Shown here one piece after another: positions 54,146-63,685 of a stretch of DNA of 64,000 nt. Source of the DNA: a phage. The notes beneath the pieces are model-generated. The model was not told the origin of the DNA. It saw only the letters and a list, made by a program, of their open reading frames with translations, and did not search any database. Each line of letters opens with the position of its first letter. The first letter of the stretch is position 1. Made by a program: the position numbers and the translations under genes. The stretch lies in the sequence record PZ091942.1; one strand, 5' to 3'.

Positions 54146-54637
54146 TTAGTATTTACCTGTGGTGTATAGGTCTGCTTCTGCAACCCTTCGGTTGTGAAGT
54201 CCCGGACTCTGCTGTTTTACACCTCTGACTGTTATCTTATCCCAACGTAAGAACTCTGAGTAAATATCACCCTTAGCATCTCCGTTGATCACTTTCCTAA
54301 GTTTAGAAGTTGATAAGGCCCCACCACCAACGTTAAAGTTGAAAGAGGTGAGAGCATCAAACTCGTGGGTTAACAAAGGAACCCTAATATTTTTCTGAGT
54401 AGCACGAACAGAGTCTTGTGTGTCTCTATCTAGCAGAGCTAGACAATCCTCTATAGAATACGTTAATCCTTGTCTAACCGGATAACCATTCATATCGCGC
54501 GTAGCCCCTACACATATAGTCCAGATACCTGCGGAATCTTTATAAGCCTTGGTTCTCATACCCTCATGCTTCATGATGAATTCCATTCCAGCTGGGCTTA
54601 AGTTTAGTTGTACAGGTGGCAATGCGGCGTTATCCAT
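54146..54637 (-). CDS. lysozyme (glycoside hydrolase family 24, T4/P22 type)
   Basis: AGGAGG RBS; catalytic region KHEGMRTKAYKDSAGIWTICVG (Glu...Asp...Thr spacing). Confidence 0.8.
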   Translation of the reverse strand: MDNAALPPVQLNLSPAGMEFIMKHEGMRTKAYKDSAGIWTICVGATRDMNGYPVRQGLTYSIEDCLALLDRDTQDSVRATQKNIRVPLLTHEFDALTSFNFNVGGGALSTSKLRKVINGDAKGDIYSEFLRWDKITVRGVKQQSPGLHNRRVAEADLYTTGKY

Positions 54638-54666
54638 TTCTAACCTCCTTTTGTGGTCCCTTTAAA

Positions 54667-54885
54667 TTAAGGTAGTATCTTTCTCAGAGCGTTAGATTCA
54701 GCATCAGGACAAATAACAACTAGATTATTTTGAATGGTTCGCTGCTTACATTGAGAACTAAGTTTCTCTACTGGAGCAGGTGCTGTAACTAATGGATGAA
54801 CTGCGCTTACAGGGATTGCAGTAGATACCACGACTCCTGCACCTAAACAAACTAAACCATATACAGCTTGTTTCATCATTTTCAT
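54667..54885 (-). CDS. small signal-peptide protein adjacent to lysozyme
   Basis: AGGAGA RBS; MKMMKQ then hydrophobic AVYGLVCLGAGVVVSTAIPVSA; two Cys in mature part. Confidence 0.45.
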   Translation of the reverse strand: MKMMKQAVYGLVCLGAGVVVSTAIPVSAVHPLVTAPAPVEKLSSQCKQRTIQNNLVVICPDAESNALRKILP

Positions 54886-54949
54886 TTGAGTGTCTCCTAT
54901 AAATTAACCTCTTGGGATATATTAGTTTCATTACCTATTCACTAGTTTA

Positions 54950-54973
54950 ACTTCTAAAAGCCCCCGAAGGGGC
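54950..54973 (-). terminator. rho-independent terminator
   Basis: Minus strand GCCCC-UUCG-GGGGC then UUUUAGAAGUU directly after tailspike stop. Confidence 0.55.
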
Positions 54974-54979
54974 AATCCT

Positions 54980-57169
54980 TTACTTAGCAGCCAGTTGAGC
55001 TTCTAACTCTTCTACACGCTTCAGCAAATTCTGAACAACCTGCATAGTGTCAAGTAGCATAGGAGTTGTGTCTAACTCTTTCTGCTCTTTCAAAGGTTCA
55101 CCCTTTTCAAGTCCGGGATACTTACGAGTTTTGACATATAAAGGTTCTACAGTCTCTGCTTGCTGTGCAATGATACCACGACGAGAGCGATTTTCTTCGT
55201 CATTGTTGTAAACAAAAGATTTGAACTTCAGTCCTTTTATTACTTCAATAGCTCTTTCTGCATCAATATCAACAATGCTGTGTTTCAGCTTTTCATCTGA
55301 CACACCATTCCTTGTGTAACTAAATTCCCCCGAGTTAGTGCTGCCGTAAATCTGTCCTTTAGTGTCGAAGAAGTATCTACACCAAACACCGTTATCACCA
55401 GCAACCGAAATCAAAGCTTCCCCAAAACTATTACCACCCGGCAACCACTGATGGAAGCCCACTTTGGTAGGATATCCAATCGGTTTGATCGCATAAATAG
55501 ACATTCCCGGAATGATAGCATCTTGAAGTGTTGTGTTGACAGTGACGTTATAGCCAGTAATACCATCGGCATTATCAGCACTTGTTACATCTGCCCAACC
55601 TTGACCGCCAACAAAAGAGTAGATAGTGTTGAATTTACCATTGTTACGGAAATTGATTTTCCCATTCTCAGAGAAACTGTACTGAGTGGTAGTAGACCCC
55701 TGAGCTTCTAGTATCGCAGAACAAGCACTTCCCCAAGAAGAGGAAACATACATACGAGCATATTGGGAAGAGGTTGGGTTAGTATATTTAGATTCTACCT
55801 TACCACCAACCACAGAAGTATTTAAAGCCGGAGCTGCGCTATCACTGTTGATAACAGACCAAGAAGTGTTAGCTGCTACAAAACCACCATGAGCACGGAT
55901 AGTCCAAACACCAACAAAGTTACGACCCATGATTTCTGTGTTACTACGACCATAAACTCCATTATATCTGGAAGCCTTAAACTCAATAGTGTTATATCGA
56001 CCATCGACTGGCCCAGACCCCGGAGGTATTGTATCCCCTGTACCTTGAGGAAAGAAGGCATTGCTAGATTCAAATGCATTGGTAGCTACTCCAAAAAGCT
56101 GGGCATAAGTTCCAGCAGAATATGCTGCAACAGAGCCAATAATGTCAGGGGCCGCAGAATCAAATACTTGACCATTAGCTGCGGAAGCACCACCATCACC
56201 TCGTCCATAAAGAGCCGGAAGGGAATTAGGCTGAATACCGTTTCGGTCTGGAACACGGAAAGTGGTGGAGCCGTCCCCTGTGGAGTACCTACCTCTCTGG
56301 TAAGGGTCTTCTAGCCAAAGAGAGTCACTGATTGGAGATAGTAATTGTGCATAAGCCCATAGGTCTGGATAATCAGCACGATTTAAAAGTTGACCATCAG
56401 AAAAAACTTCAAAAGCTGGGATAAAAGCACGACTATCACGAAGATGGAAATCACCAATACCAAAGTTGGAGATACCACTCATGGTAGGACCACCAGAACC
56501 ACCACCCTGATTCTTAAGCTGACGGTAGGTAACTGCATCATAATCTCCTACAGCATCTGCAACAGTTACTGGTTGTGTAAAGGTTACTTTCTGGGTCATC
56601 TGAGTTATATCAGAGTTAATACCAGTACGATTTACACCAATGGTGCGACCCTTAGAGTCCTTAACATATGAACCAATCGCTGCAAAGGGAAGTTCATCAA
56701 TCTCAGGACGATAACGTTTTGAGTAGATAGGATACTTGGTTTCTACACCACCATCATTTAAATCTACAACTTGAAGACGACCAGCAGTGTGGACTTCTAC
56801 ACCTTGAACAGAAGAAGCATAACTGCCAATCTTGATAGTATTCTCTGGTGTTACTTTAATCATGTCAACAGATTCTACACCATTAGAACCAGCAGCACGG
56901 AAAGGTACATCATTAGCTACAAAAGGATCAGCTTTAAACAAAGCACCCTCCATGATAGGAGAGATTGAATCTGCAACATAAACTTTAGTAGCACCTTCAG
57001 CTTTAGTTAGATACATATTCTCAGCGTCAGTTTTCTGTAAATACTTATTAGTTAGGTTAATAGCGCCAGCAGCTCCATCAACAGTAGAGACACCAACAAC
57101 AGCAGCATCTCTAGTTACAACTACGTGAGGCATCATTATGCCAGATTTGGGCATTAATTCTCTAGACAT
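54980..57169 (-). CDS. tailspike/tail fiber with C-terminal intramolecular chaperone (peptidase S74-like)
   Basis: AAGGAG RBS; C-terminal SDEKLKHSIVDID...coiled-coil resembles the auto-cleaving chaperone domain. Confidence 0.65.
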   Translation of the reverse strand: MSRELMPKSGIMMPHVVVTRDAAVVGVSTVDGAAGAINLTNKYLQKTDAENMYLTKAEGATKVYVADSISPIMEGALFKADPFVANDVPFRAAGSNGVESVDMIKVTPENTIKIGSYASSVQGVEVHTAGRLQVVDLNDGGVETKYPIYSKRYRPEIDELPFAAIGSYVKDSKGRTIGVNRTGINSDITQMTQKVTFTQPVTVADAVGDYDAVTYRQLKNQGGGSGGPTMSGISNFGIGDFHLRDSRAFIPAFEVFSDGQLLNRADYPDLWAYAQLLSPISDSLWLEDPYQRGRYSTGDGSTTFRVPDRNGIQPNSLPALYGRGDGGASAANGQVFDSAAPDIIGSVAAYSAGTYAQLFGVATNAFESSNAFFPQGTGDTIPPGSGPVDGRYNTIEFKASRYNGVYGRSNTEIMGRNFVGVWTIRAHGGFVAANTSWSVINSDSAAPALNTSVVGGKVESKYTNPTSSQYARMYVSSSWGSACSAILEAQGSTTTQYSFSENGKINFRNNGKFNTIYSFVGGQGWADVTSADNADGITGYNVTVNTTLQDAIIPGMSIYAIKPIGYPTKVGFHQWLPGGNSFGEALISVAGDNGVWCRYFFDTKGQIYGSTNSGEFSYTRNGVSDEKLKHSIVDIDAERAIEVIKGLKFKSFVYNNDEENRSRRGIIAQQAETVEPLYVKTRKYPGLEKGEPLKEQKELDTTPMLLDTMQVVQNLLKRVEELEAQLAAK

Positions 57170-57180
57170 TTAAATCTCCT

Positions 57181-57200
57181 TAAAGCTCCCCGAAGGGAGC
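57181..57200 (-). terminator. hairpin (attenuator-like) between fiber and tailspike genes
   Basis: Minus strand GCUCCC-UUCG-GGGAGC followed by UUUAAGGAG (weak U-tract, overlaps RBS). Confidence 0.35.
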
Positions 57201-57209
57201 GTTATTGTT

Positions 57210-59768
57210 TTACTCAGAAGGCATCTCAACACGAACCGAAATGAACGCATCCTTAGGAATATCAATAGGATCTCCGTCAGAAAAACCTTCCAGCTCGTTT
57301 CTAGCAAAAGCTGGAGATGTTGAATGGGTTCTATGATAGGTTTTAACTAAAATAGAACCATCCTCTTTAACCTCATAATCAAGCCAAACCCTAGGCTGTT
57401 TGTTGCGGTCAATAGGGATTTCAAAGCCTCCGTCGATACCTCCCCATTTTGCATCTGCGTTTAAACCAAGGCAACCAGTAATCAGATATTCACCAATACC
57501 CTTCCGGATGACACTAACCCCATCAGATTCATCATTCGTTTCATATCGACCATCGGTATAAATATTAACTACTGGAGATGCCGCTTTGATAAATCCACCT
57601 GTATCAATAATGGTATTTTTGTTTGTAAGACAATGGACATATTTTGTTGTTCCATCTGCAACCTTTATTGCGTAAGATACACGACCGTAACCTGAGGCTT
57701 CTCCACCAGCTCCTGCATATGACACACCGTGGGCAACCCAGAAGTTAGTATCCTCTGGCTGCATATACCAGTAACAGTTAAACATGTCTAAAGTAAACAG
57801 ACCACTTCCGGCGGCATGTTGGACTCGCGCACCAGTACCGCCCGTACCTGTGTTTGCTGGAGTGTTACTCAGCGCCCCAATGTTGCTTCGGGCACCAGCA
57901 GCATCACTAGCACCTGTACCACCACTGGAGATTGGTACATTACTAAGAGTAGCAACAGAACCTAAACCCAAGTTAGACCTAGCCTCCGCAGCATCACTAG
58001 CACCTGTCCCGCCTTTTGCTACTGGAACAATATCTAATGTAGAAAGAGATTTAAGTCCTAGATTATCTCTTGCACTAGCAACATCTGTTGCTCCAGTGCC
58101 CCCTCTCTCAACTGACAAAGCTACAGTACCGACCAACCCAGCCGTGGTACGGTAACAACCCCATCCGTTATTATCAACAAACATGTAGGTTTCTTTATTT
58201 GGAGATAAGATCTTAGTCTCCCCAGAACCTTGCTCTATTCTGTCTAAATCTAAATTTACCTTAGCATCATTGGGATTCTTTGCACCTGTTCCACCCTGAG
58301 TGACAGAAAGCGCTGTTGTAAGCCCTGCGAGAGATGTTATATCAGAGTTTGCACCAGAAGCGGCAGCACCTAAAATAGACCTAGAGATATTTACGTTGCC
58401 TGTAATCTCATCAGGAGCTTGATTATTTACCGTGACAACATAAGGTCTCTGAGCTTGTACAGACCCGTCATACTGAGAATCTTTATCAGAATCCGGTGCT
58501 CTTATTGCCTCCCCTCCAGTCCAATCAGGAAGTCGAATGTTAATGAAATTAGTAGAATCTGCATCGGTAATCCCATCTGCTAACTTACCCCAAGAGAAGT
58601 ATTGTTTAGCTCCTGCTTGCCATTCAGTTTCAGAAACAACAGGAAGTTGTCCGCTGACAAGAGATGGACCTAAATCTGAAGCAGACTCTTTTGATACCAA
58701 ACGACCATCAGCAGGAAGAACCCCTGGGTAGGAGATATTCTTAGCTGGGTCATAAGGGAACATTACCATCTCACCAAGATACAGAGAAGGGTTCCCTGTT
58801 GGAATCGTGATATCAATGTTACCACTTGAGTCTGGAGAGCGAGAGTTAACAGTTAGGATACGGCCTTCTGTTTTAACTGGAGTAAGGGTCTTATCAGCCG
58901 CAACAGTATAGAATTCATACTTCGTTGAGTCCCACACCAAAACCTTTTCTCCTACCTGTCGGTATTGGGCATCTAAATCAGCTTCAGCTTTCGATTGGTA
59001 TGTTTTAGTTGTTTTATCAAACTTATCGTTAATCTCTTGGCGACTATATTGAGCAACGTTCAAAACATTATCTAAGCCAACCGTGTTTTTATTAAGAGTG
59101 AGAGCTACATCTCCAGTTTGTTCTGGACCATCATTAACTTTGATAGAACGAACAGAGGGGATCAGGTTAGCAATATCACTAAGAGTAGTTTTGTAAACTT
59201 TATTATCATCCGCATCTACATAGAAACCAATATCACCAAGAACAGGAGTTCCAGATGGTGCTGTATTTAAATCAGTAACGGAGCCATCACGACCCGGCTC
59301 ACCTTCAGGAATCCCAAGCTTGATTTCGCCAGTCTGGTTGTTGAAAGAGCCAGTAGCTTCAGAACCCGGAGGAAGTGTAGTCACTGTAACTTTCATAGCC
59401 AACAGAATGTCAAGCTGCTGATCAACTTCGATTAGTTTTTGGTTAATCAAAGCAATAGAGTTGTTAGCATTAGCAACAGCTGCGTTAGTCTGTGCAATCA
59501 ATTGCATCAGTCGAGCATCTTGATCTTTAAAGTCCTGTTTCAGATCTTCAATATCTTGCTGTAACAGAATACCCTGCTTATAAAGTTTCTCTACTTCAGC
59601 AATAAGATCATCAACTGTACCAAACTTAGACTCAGCTAAAAGTGCCCAATATTTAGAATCAGCAGCATACTCAGCTGCTTGTTTGTAAGCTCCAATAGAG
59701 CCTTCTGTTGCACCAAATTGACCTACGTTATTTACTACGTTAGGTTCTTGGTTGTTATAAACGATCAT
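57210..59768 (-). CDS. tail fiber protein with phage tail-fibre repeats
   Basis: AAGGAGA RBS; N-terminal YKQAAEYAADSKYWALLAESKF; four GGTGA(x)D..AR.NLGL repeats. Confidence 0.65.
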   Translation of the reverse strand: MIVYNNQEPNVVNNVGQFGATEGSIGAYKQAAEYAADSKYWALLAESKFGTVDDLIAEVEKLYKQGILLQQDIEDLKQDFKDQDARLMQLIAQTNAAVANANNSIALINQKLIEVDQQLDILLAMKVTVTTLPPGSEATGSFNNQTGEIKLGIPEGEPGRDGSVTDLNTAPSGTPVLGDIGFYVDADDNKVYKTTLSDIANLIPSVRSIKVNDGPEQTGDVALTLNKNTVGLDNVLNVAQYSRQEINDKFDKTTKTYQSKAEADLDAQYRQVGEKVLVWDSTKYEFYTVAADKTLTPVKTEGRILTVNSRSPDSSGNIDITIPTGNPSLYLGEMVMFPYDPAKNISYPGVLPADGRLVSKESASDLGPSLVSGQLPVVSETEWQAGAKQYFSWGKLADGITDADSTNFINIRLPDWTGGEAIRAPDSDKDSQYDGSVQAQRPYVVTVNNQAPDEITGNVNISRSILGAAASGANSDITSLAGLTTALSVTQGGTGAKNPNDAKVNLDLDRIEQGSGETKILSPNKETYMFVDNNGWGCYRTTAGLVGTVALSVERGGTGATDVASARDNLGLKSLSTLDIVPVAKGGTGASDAAEARSNLGLGSVATLSNVPISSGGTGASDAAGARSNIGALSNTPANTGTGGTGARVQHAAGSGLFTLDMFNCYWYMQPEDTNFWVAHGVSYAGAGGEASGYGRVSYAIKVADGTTKYVHCLTNKNTIIDTGGFIKAASPVVNIYTDGRYETNDESDGVSVIRKGIGEYLITGCLGLNADAKWGGIDGGFEIPIDRNKQPRVWLDYEVKEDGSILVKTYHRTHSTSPAFARNELEGFSDGDPIDIPKDAFISVRVEMPSE

Positions 59769-59777
59769 AGGTTCTCC

Positions 59778-60524
59778 TTATCTGTTTCTACGAATGCCGT
59801 ACACTTCACGAGAGCTATTAAGACGGCTAATGGTTCGAGGGATTACAAGAGGTGACCCTGAGTATTCTGCTTTCTTACTCTGCTCAACAATTTCATCTAG
59901 AATTGCTTTACCAAGAGCAGACCACTTCTGCACTCCATTATCATCTTGAACAAACAAAGAAGCATGGCGTAGAGTAAAATAGAGAAGCAGTTCAGGAGCA
60001 ATAGTCAGAATAGCACTTGTATCTTCGTCTTCATGGAATTCTGGAGGGTCAGCATAATAACTCAAAACCACAGCATTATCAGCAGGAATCTCAGGTGCTC
60101 CATCATCAGGATAAATAGGAGTGTCTGCATCAATGAGTGGGTAGAACATAAAGCGACTACCTAAACGAGCAAACATCACATCACCTTGATTCCAGTTGGA
60201 TGGGTTAATAGAGTTATTTCTTTTCATCCAATCAAGTTCTTCAGGAGAGGTTGCTCGGAACATCATCCCATTCGAAGCTCTCATAATCCATTGTGCTTCT
60301 AAGAAGTCAGGAGGGATAAAACAGATACCATCCTTAATATCTAAATATACTTCTTTTTCCAGAGGAGGGATTCGTAAGTTACGATAGATTTCTTTCTCTG
60401 CAAAGTTAATAAAGTTTGGAATCTGATTAACAAATTCATCATCATCCCTATCGGCCCAGAGCGACACAGCCTTTTTAAGCCAGCCATAGGTATTGATAGG
60501 GTAAGCCACTTCAGGCATCGCCAT
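59778..60524 (-). CDS. virion structural protein (hypothetical, 248 aa)
   Basis: AGGAGG RBS; translationally coupled to tail fiber gene. Confidence 0.5.
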   Translation of the reverse strand: MAMPEVAYPINTYGWLKKAVSLWADRDDDEFVNQIPNFINFAEKEIYRNLRIPPLEKEVYLDIKDGICFIPPDFLEAQWIMRASNGMMFRATSPEELDWMKRNNSINPSNWNQGDVMFARLGSRFMFYPLIDADTPIYPDDGAPEIPADNAVVLSYYADPPEFHEDEDTSAILTIAPELLLYFTLRHASLFVQDDNGVQKWSALGKAILDEIVEQSKKAEYSGSPLVIPRTISRLNSSREVYGIRRNR

Positions 60525-60588
60525 AATTGTGTCCTCCTAGTTGTGTATAGACAAAGAGAATACATTACACTTGGTCCTGTATAGGTCT

Positions 60589-60618
60589 TAAAACAAGAAA
60601 AGCCACCCGAAGGCAGCT
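60589..60618 (-). terminator. rho-independent terminator
   Basis: Minus strand AGCUGCC-UUCG-GGUGGCU then UUUUCUUGUUUU after collagen-like gene. Confidence 0.65.
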
Positions 60619-60624
60619 TTATTC

Positions 60625-61719
60625 TTAAAGTGACTTAACTGCAATTATAGCCGGAACTTGGGTTGCAGTGGTCTCTGTTCCAGAAGATGGGGTGTATACA
60701 AACCCTTCATAATATTGGCTGTTTGTAACATCATAGATTAGGAATCTAAAAGACCTATTCTGTGCTGATCCCCATGTGTATTGGAATATGCGAGCTGTGG
60801 CGTTGTTCGCATAAGTATTTACACCTGAAACCTTTTTGATAGAAGTAGAGTCAGTGTAAACAGCTTCACTTCTAAGAGTTATTGATTTTCCTGATGTATT
60901 GGAAATCACAATCTCAAAGTTGGCAGAAGTTGTACCCCTCAACCCTATGGAAACTCCCGGAGAATTAGGAAGTAGTGTAGTATGGCTTGTAACATTTACG
61001 CCCGGACACATTCCTTTGGTTGTAAAGACGGATTGACTATTCGCAGCATCCTTCCCAGCAGGACCAGTATCCCCTTTATCCCCTTTCAATCCTTGTGGTC
61101 CAGCAGGGCCTTGACTTCCAGTAGGTCCTTGTTGACCTCTGATACCTTGTGGACCAGCCGGTCCTACCGGACCTTGCGGACCTTCTGCTCCTTGTGATGC
61201 TAAGAGCGCCCAATAGGTTTCATCAGTGGGTAAATTACCTAGGTTATCTCCTTCAAAAACAGAATAATAACTGGCTCCTTGATATCCAACTGAGTTGTTT
61301 TTTGTATAACTGACACTTACATCCCAAGTGCCCATCCATTCTAGCCCAGCTGGTCCTACCGGACCCCGTGGACCTTCCACTCCTTGCGGACCCGCAGGTC
61401 CTTGCTCGCCTTGAACTCCTTGTGGGCCTATTCCTCCGTCAACTCCATCTTTTCCAGCAAGACCTTGTGGACCTTGAGGACCAGCCTCACCTTGAGGGCC
61501 GCGCTCCCCTTGAGGACCAGCGGGACCCGGTTCTCCACCTCCCGGTCCTACCGGACCTTGCGGACCTTCTGGACCTTGTTCCCCTTTAAGTTCTCCGGCT
61601 AGGAATTTCTCGTATGCAATTATTGCTCCACTGAAGGGGATTGTTTTATCGTCATTTACATCGTAAAGCCCGTGACCATAAAACACACCTGCCTTGTGCC
61701 CGTTCTCTATATCAGCCAT
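60625..61719 (-). CDS. collagen-like repeat protein (fiber or decoration)
   Basis: GGAGG RBS; long runs of Gly-X-Y triplets ([16 protein letters not shown]..., [13 protein letters not shown]...) with non-collagen C-terminal domain. Confidence 0.7.
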   Translation of the reverse strand: MADIENGHKAGVFYGHGLYDVNDDKTIPFSGAIIAYEKFLAGELKGEQGPEGPQGPVGPGGGEPGPAGPQGERGPQGEAGPQGPQGLAGKDGVDGGIGPQGVQGEQGPAGPQGVEGPRGPVGPAGLEWMGTWDVSVSYTKNNSVGYQGASYYSVFEGDNLGNLPTDETYWALLASQGAEGPQGPVGPAGPQGIRGQQGPTGSQGPAGPQGLKGDKGDTGPAGKDAANSQSVFTTKGMCPGVNVTSHTTLLPNSPGVSIGLRGTTSANFEIVISNTSGKSITLRSEAVYTDSTSIKKVSGVNTYANNATARIFQYTWGSAQNRSFRFLIYDVTNSQYYEGFVYTPSSGTETTATQVPAIIAVKSL

Positions 61720-61746
61720 TTAAACCTCCAAAGATTTCAGTATTCC

Positions 61747-61776
61747 ATAAAAAGAAAGCCACCATAAGGCGGCTTT
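61747..61776 (-). terminator. rho-independent terminator
   Basis: Minus strand AAGCCGCC-UUAU-GGUGGCUU then UCUUUUU. Confidence 0.6.
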
Positions 61777-61780
61777 AGTA

Positions 61781-62677
61781 TTAGGCGGCTTTAACACCAG
61801 CAATTGTTGCATAAGCCTTGGATGTAGGATCACTTGCAGCCCAGACTTCTATTGTGAAAGGGGTTTCTATTGTACGAGAAGGGGCTGTGTATAAACCACT
61901 CTTCCCTCCAATTTGACCAAAACCAATAGGAGCTACAAACAATAAGTCAGTATCAGAGCTACCATCAGAATATCCTACAGTTCCTGAAAATTGTACTGTT
62001 TCACCGTAAACCAGAGCAGGAACTTCTGTTGGCTGGATAGTAACACTGGTTACGGTTTTAGGCTTTGGGGTAACACCTGTGAATTCACAAGTAGCTGTCA
62101 CAAGAGGTTTAGTCTTGTGTGTAGCTGCAACAGAGACTGTACCCGTAGCAGTATCAGCAAGAGTCAAAAGACCAGCTGCACTAATAGTACCTGCTTCAGT
62201 AGGGGTTACAACAAAATCGTAATCACCACCAGCAGAATTGGTTACAGTAAACATTGTAGAGAAGGCAGTAGTAGAACCACCGACTTTACCAGCAATAGGA
62301 CCACGACTTACAATTGTAGGTTCAGGGTCAGCAATAGCTGAGATCGTAGATGTACCGGATTTCCCACCTTTAGTAGCTTTCACTGTAATCGGGGTTTCTT
62401 GCGACGCACTCGGTGCAGTGTACAGTCCAGAAGCAGAAATAGCCCCACCACCCTCAACGGACCAAACAAATCCAGTTGTTGATGTGGAGCTATCACTCAT
62501 TTGTGCTGTAGCTGTAAACTGCTGAGTAGCCCCCGTCGGAAGGCTTGCAACCGACGAAGGACTAACAGTTATGGTATCTACTGTTACGCCGCCACTGCCT
62601 TTCCCGCAGCAGTGAACAGAACGCCGGAAGCGTACGGGTTGCGGTGACGCAGACCAACTTCCATCTCGATCATCCAC
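61781..62677 (-). CDS. Ig-like (Big_2-type) domain ORF, probable -1 frameshift extension of major capsid protein
   Basis: Overlaps capsid 3' end in -1 frame; no plausible start/RBS before the first Ig-like strand; two Ig-like repeats (TVDTITVSPSS...QQFTATAQ; TVTSVTIQPTEV...VQFSGTV). Confidence 0.55.
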   Translation of the reverse strand: MDDRDGSWSASPQPVRFRRSVHCCGKGSGGVTVDTITVSPSSVASLPTGATQQFTATAQMSDSSTSTTGFVWSVEGGGAISASGLYTAPSASQETPITVKATKGGKSGTSTISAIADPEPTIVSRGPIAGKVGGSTTAFSTMFTVTNSAGGDYDFVVTPTEAGTISAAGLLTLADTATGTVSVAATHKTKPLVTATCEFTGVTPKPKTVTSVTIQPTEVPALVYGETVQFSGTVGYSDGSSDTDLLFVAPIGFGQIGGKSGLYTAPSRTIETPFTIEVWAASDPTSKAYATIAGVKAA

Positions 62678-63645
62678 TTCTCGTAAGAACCATCTTTAGC
62701 CAGTTCAGTACGCTTCGGAGCACGAAGGACCATCTGAGTCCAGTCAGAGCTGCGGAAGAAGTAAACTGCATCAGCAGGCATCCAACGGTTAACTACGATC
62801 TTGTAGCTCTGGCCCAGCGGGTCAGTGATGCTATTTACTTCGTAGATGAACTGCTTGGTGTTTTCGAAGATACGCTGACGAGAGCCAACGGAGTTTTCTT
62901 GCAGCTTAGCAAAGATTGCTGCATGAGCAGGGTTAATCATGATGATGTCTGCTTCAGAACCTGCGGTATACAGCTGAAGGGTCATATCAAAGATATCTGC
63001 TTCATCAAAGCCGATGTTAGCAACCGGATTAGATGCGTTCTTAGCAACTTTAACAGTTACTGCACCAGTATCCGGGTCAGCCGGGCCATCAACAGTTTTG
63101 TTAACGTTCGTACCAGTCAAACCACCGTGAGCACACAGGAACTGGAAAGCACCAGTCTTACGAGCTGCATGAGTGTCATTCAGGCCACCCTGAGCAGGAT
63201 CAGCTGCTGAGTTAGTCAGATACTGGTCAGCCAGAACGTCGGTACGAGCCTGACCGGACAGCAAGATTTTCTCGAGGTCACGTTTAATCTCTTTACCTTT
63301 CTTCTCCAGCTGATACATCAGTTCACGACCACGACCGTAGTTAGCGGTGGTGTTAGCGGTATCAGATACACGAACTACTTTACGCAGAATCTGAGTAACG
63401 TTAGATTTGATAACGGTCGGTTTCATTTCGCCGTCTTCAGCGCGAGAGCCTTCAACGTGTGCGTTGTTAGCATCAACACTTGCCAGTGCATCGGTCTGCC
63501 AGCTGAAAATAGTCTGGTTGATAGACTCTTTACCAGTCATAGACACAAACGGGGTATCCTGCGGGGACAGAACAGAAATCCAGTTAGCAAAAGAAAGTTT
63601 TTTACCATTCTGGTCGTAAGATACAAATAAAGTTGGATTTGCCAT
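62584..63645 (-). CDS. major capsid protein (putative)
   Basis: 353-aa ORF with AGGAG RBS after a partial upstream gene; followed by frameshift ORF and two terminators; assignment rests on context. Confidence 0.6.
   Translation of the reverse strand: MANPTLFVSYDQNGKKLSFANWISVLSPQDTPFVSMTGKESINQTIFSWQTDALASVDANNAHVEGSRAEDGEMKPTVIKSNVTQILRKVVRVSDTANTTANYGRGRELMYQLEKKGKEIKRDLEKILLSGQARTDVLADQYLTNSAADPAQGGLNDTHAARKTGAFQFLCAHGGLTGTNVNKTVDGPADPDTGAVTVKVAKNASNPVANIGFDEADIFDMTLQLYTAGSEADIIMINPAHAAIFAKLQENSVGSRQRIFENTKQFIYEVNSITDPLGQSYKIVVNRWMPADAVYFFRSSDWTQMVLRAPKRTELAKDGSYEKWMIEMEVGLRHRNPYASGVLFTAAGKAVAA
62599..62605 (-). promoter_or_regulatory. candidate -1 ribosomal slippery heptamer G GGA AAG
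   Basis: X XXY YYZ heptamer 4 codons before capsid stop; -1 shift reads GGG AAA GGC AGT GGC GGC GTA into the Ig-like ORF; coordinates approximate to 1-2 nt. Confidence 0.4.
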
Positions 63646-63685
63646 GTTATGTTAGCTCCTATACTATTAAAAAATAATTTGTCGA

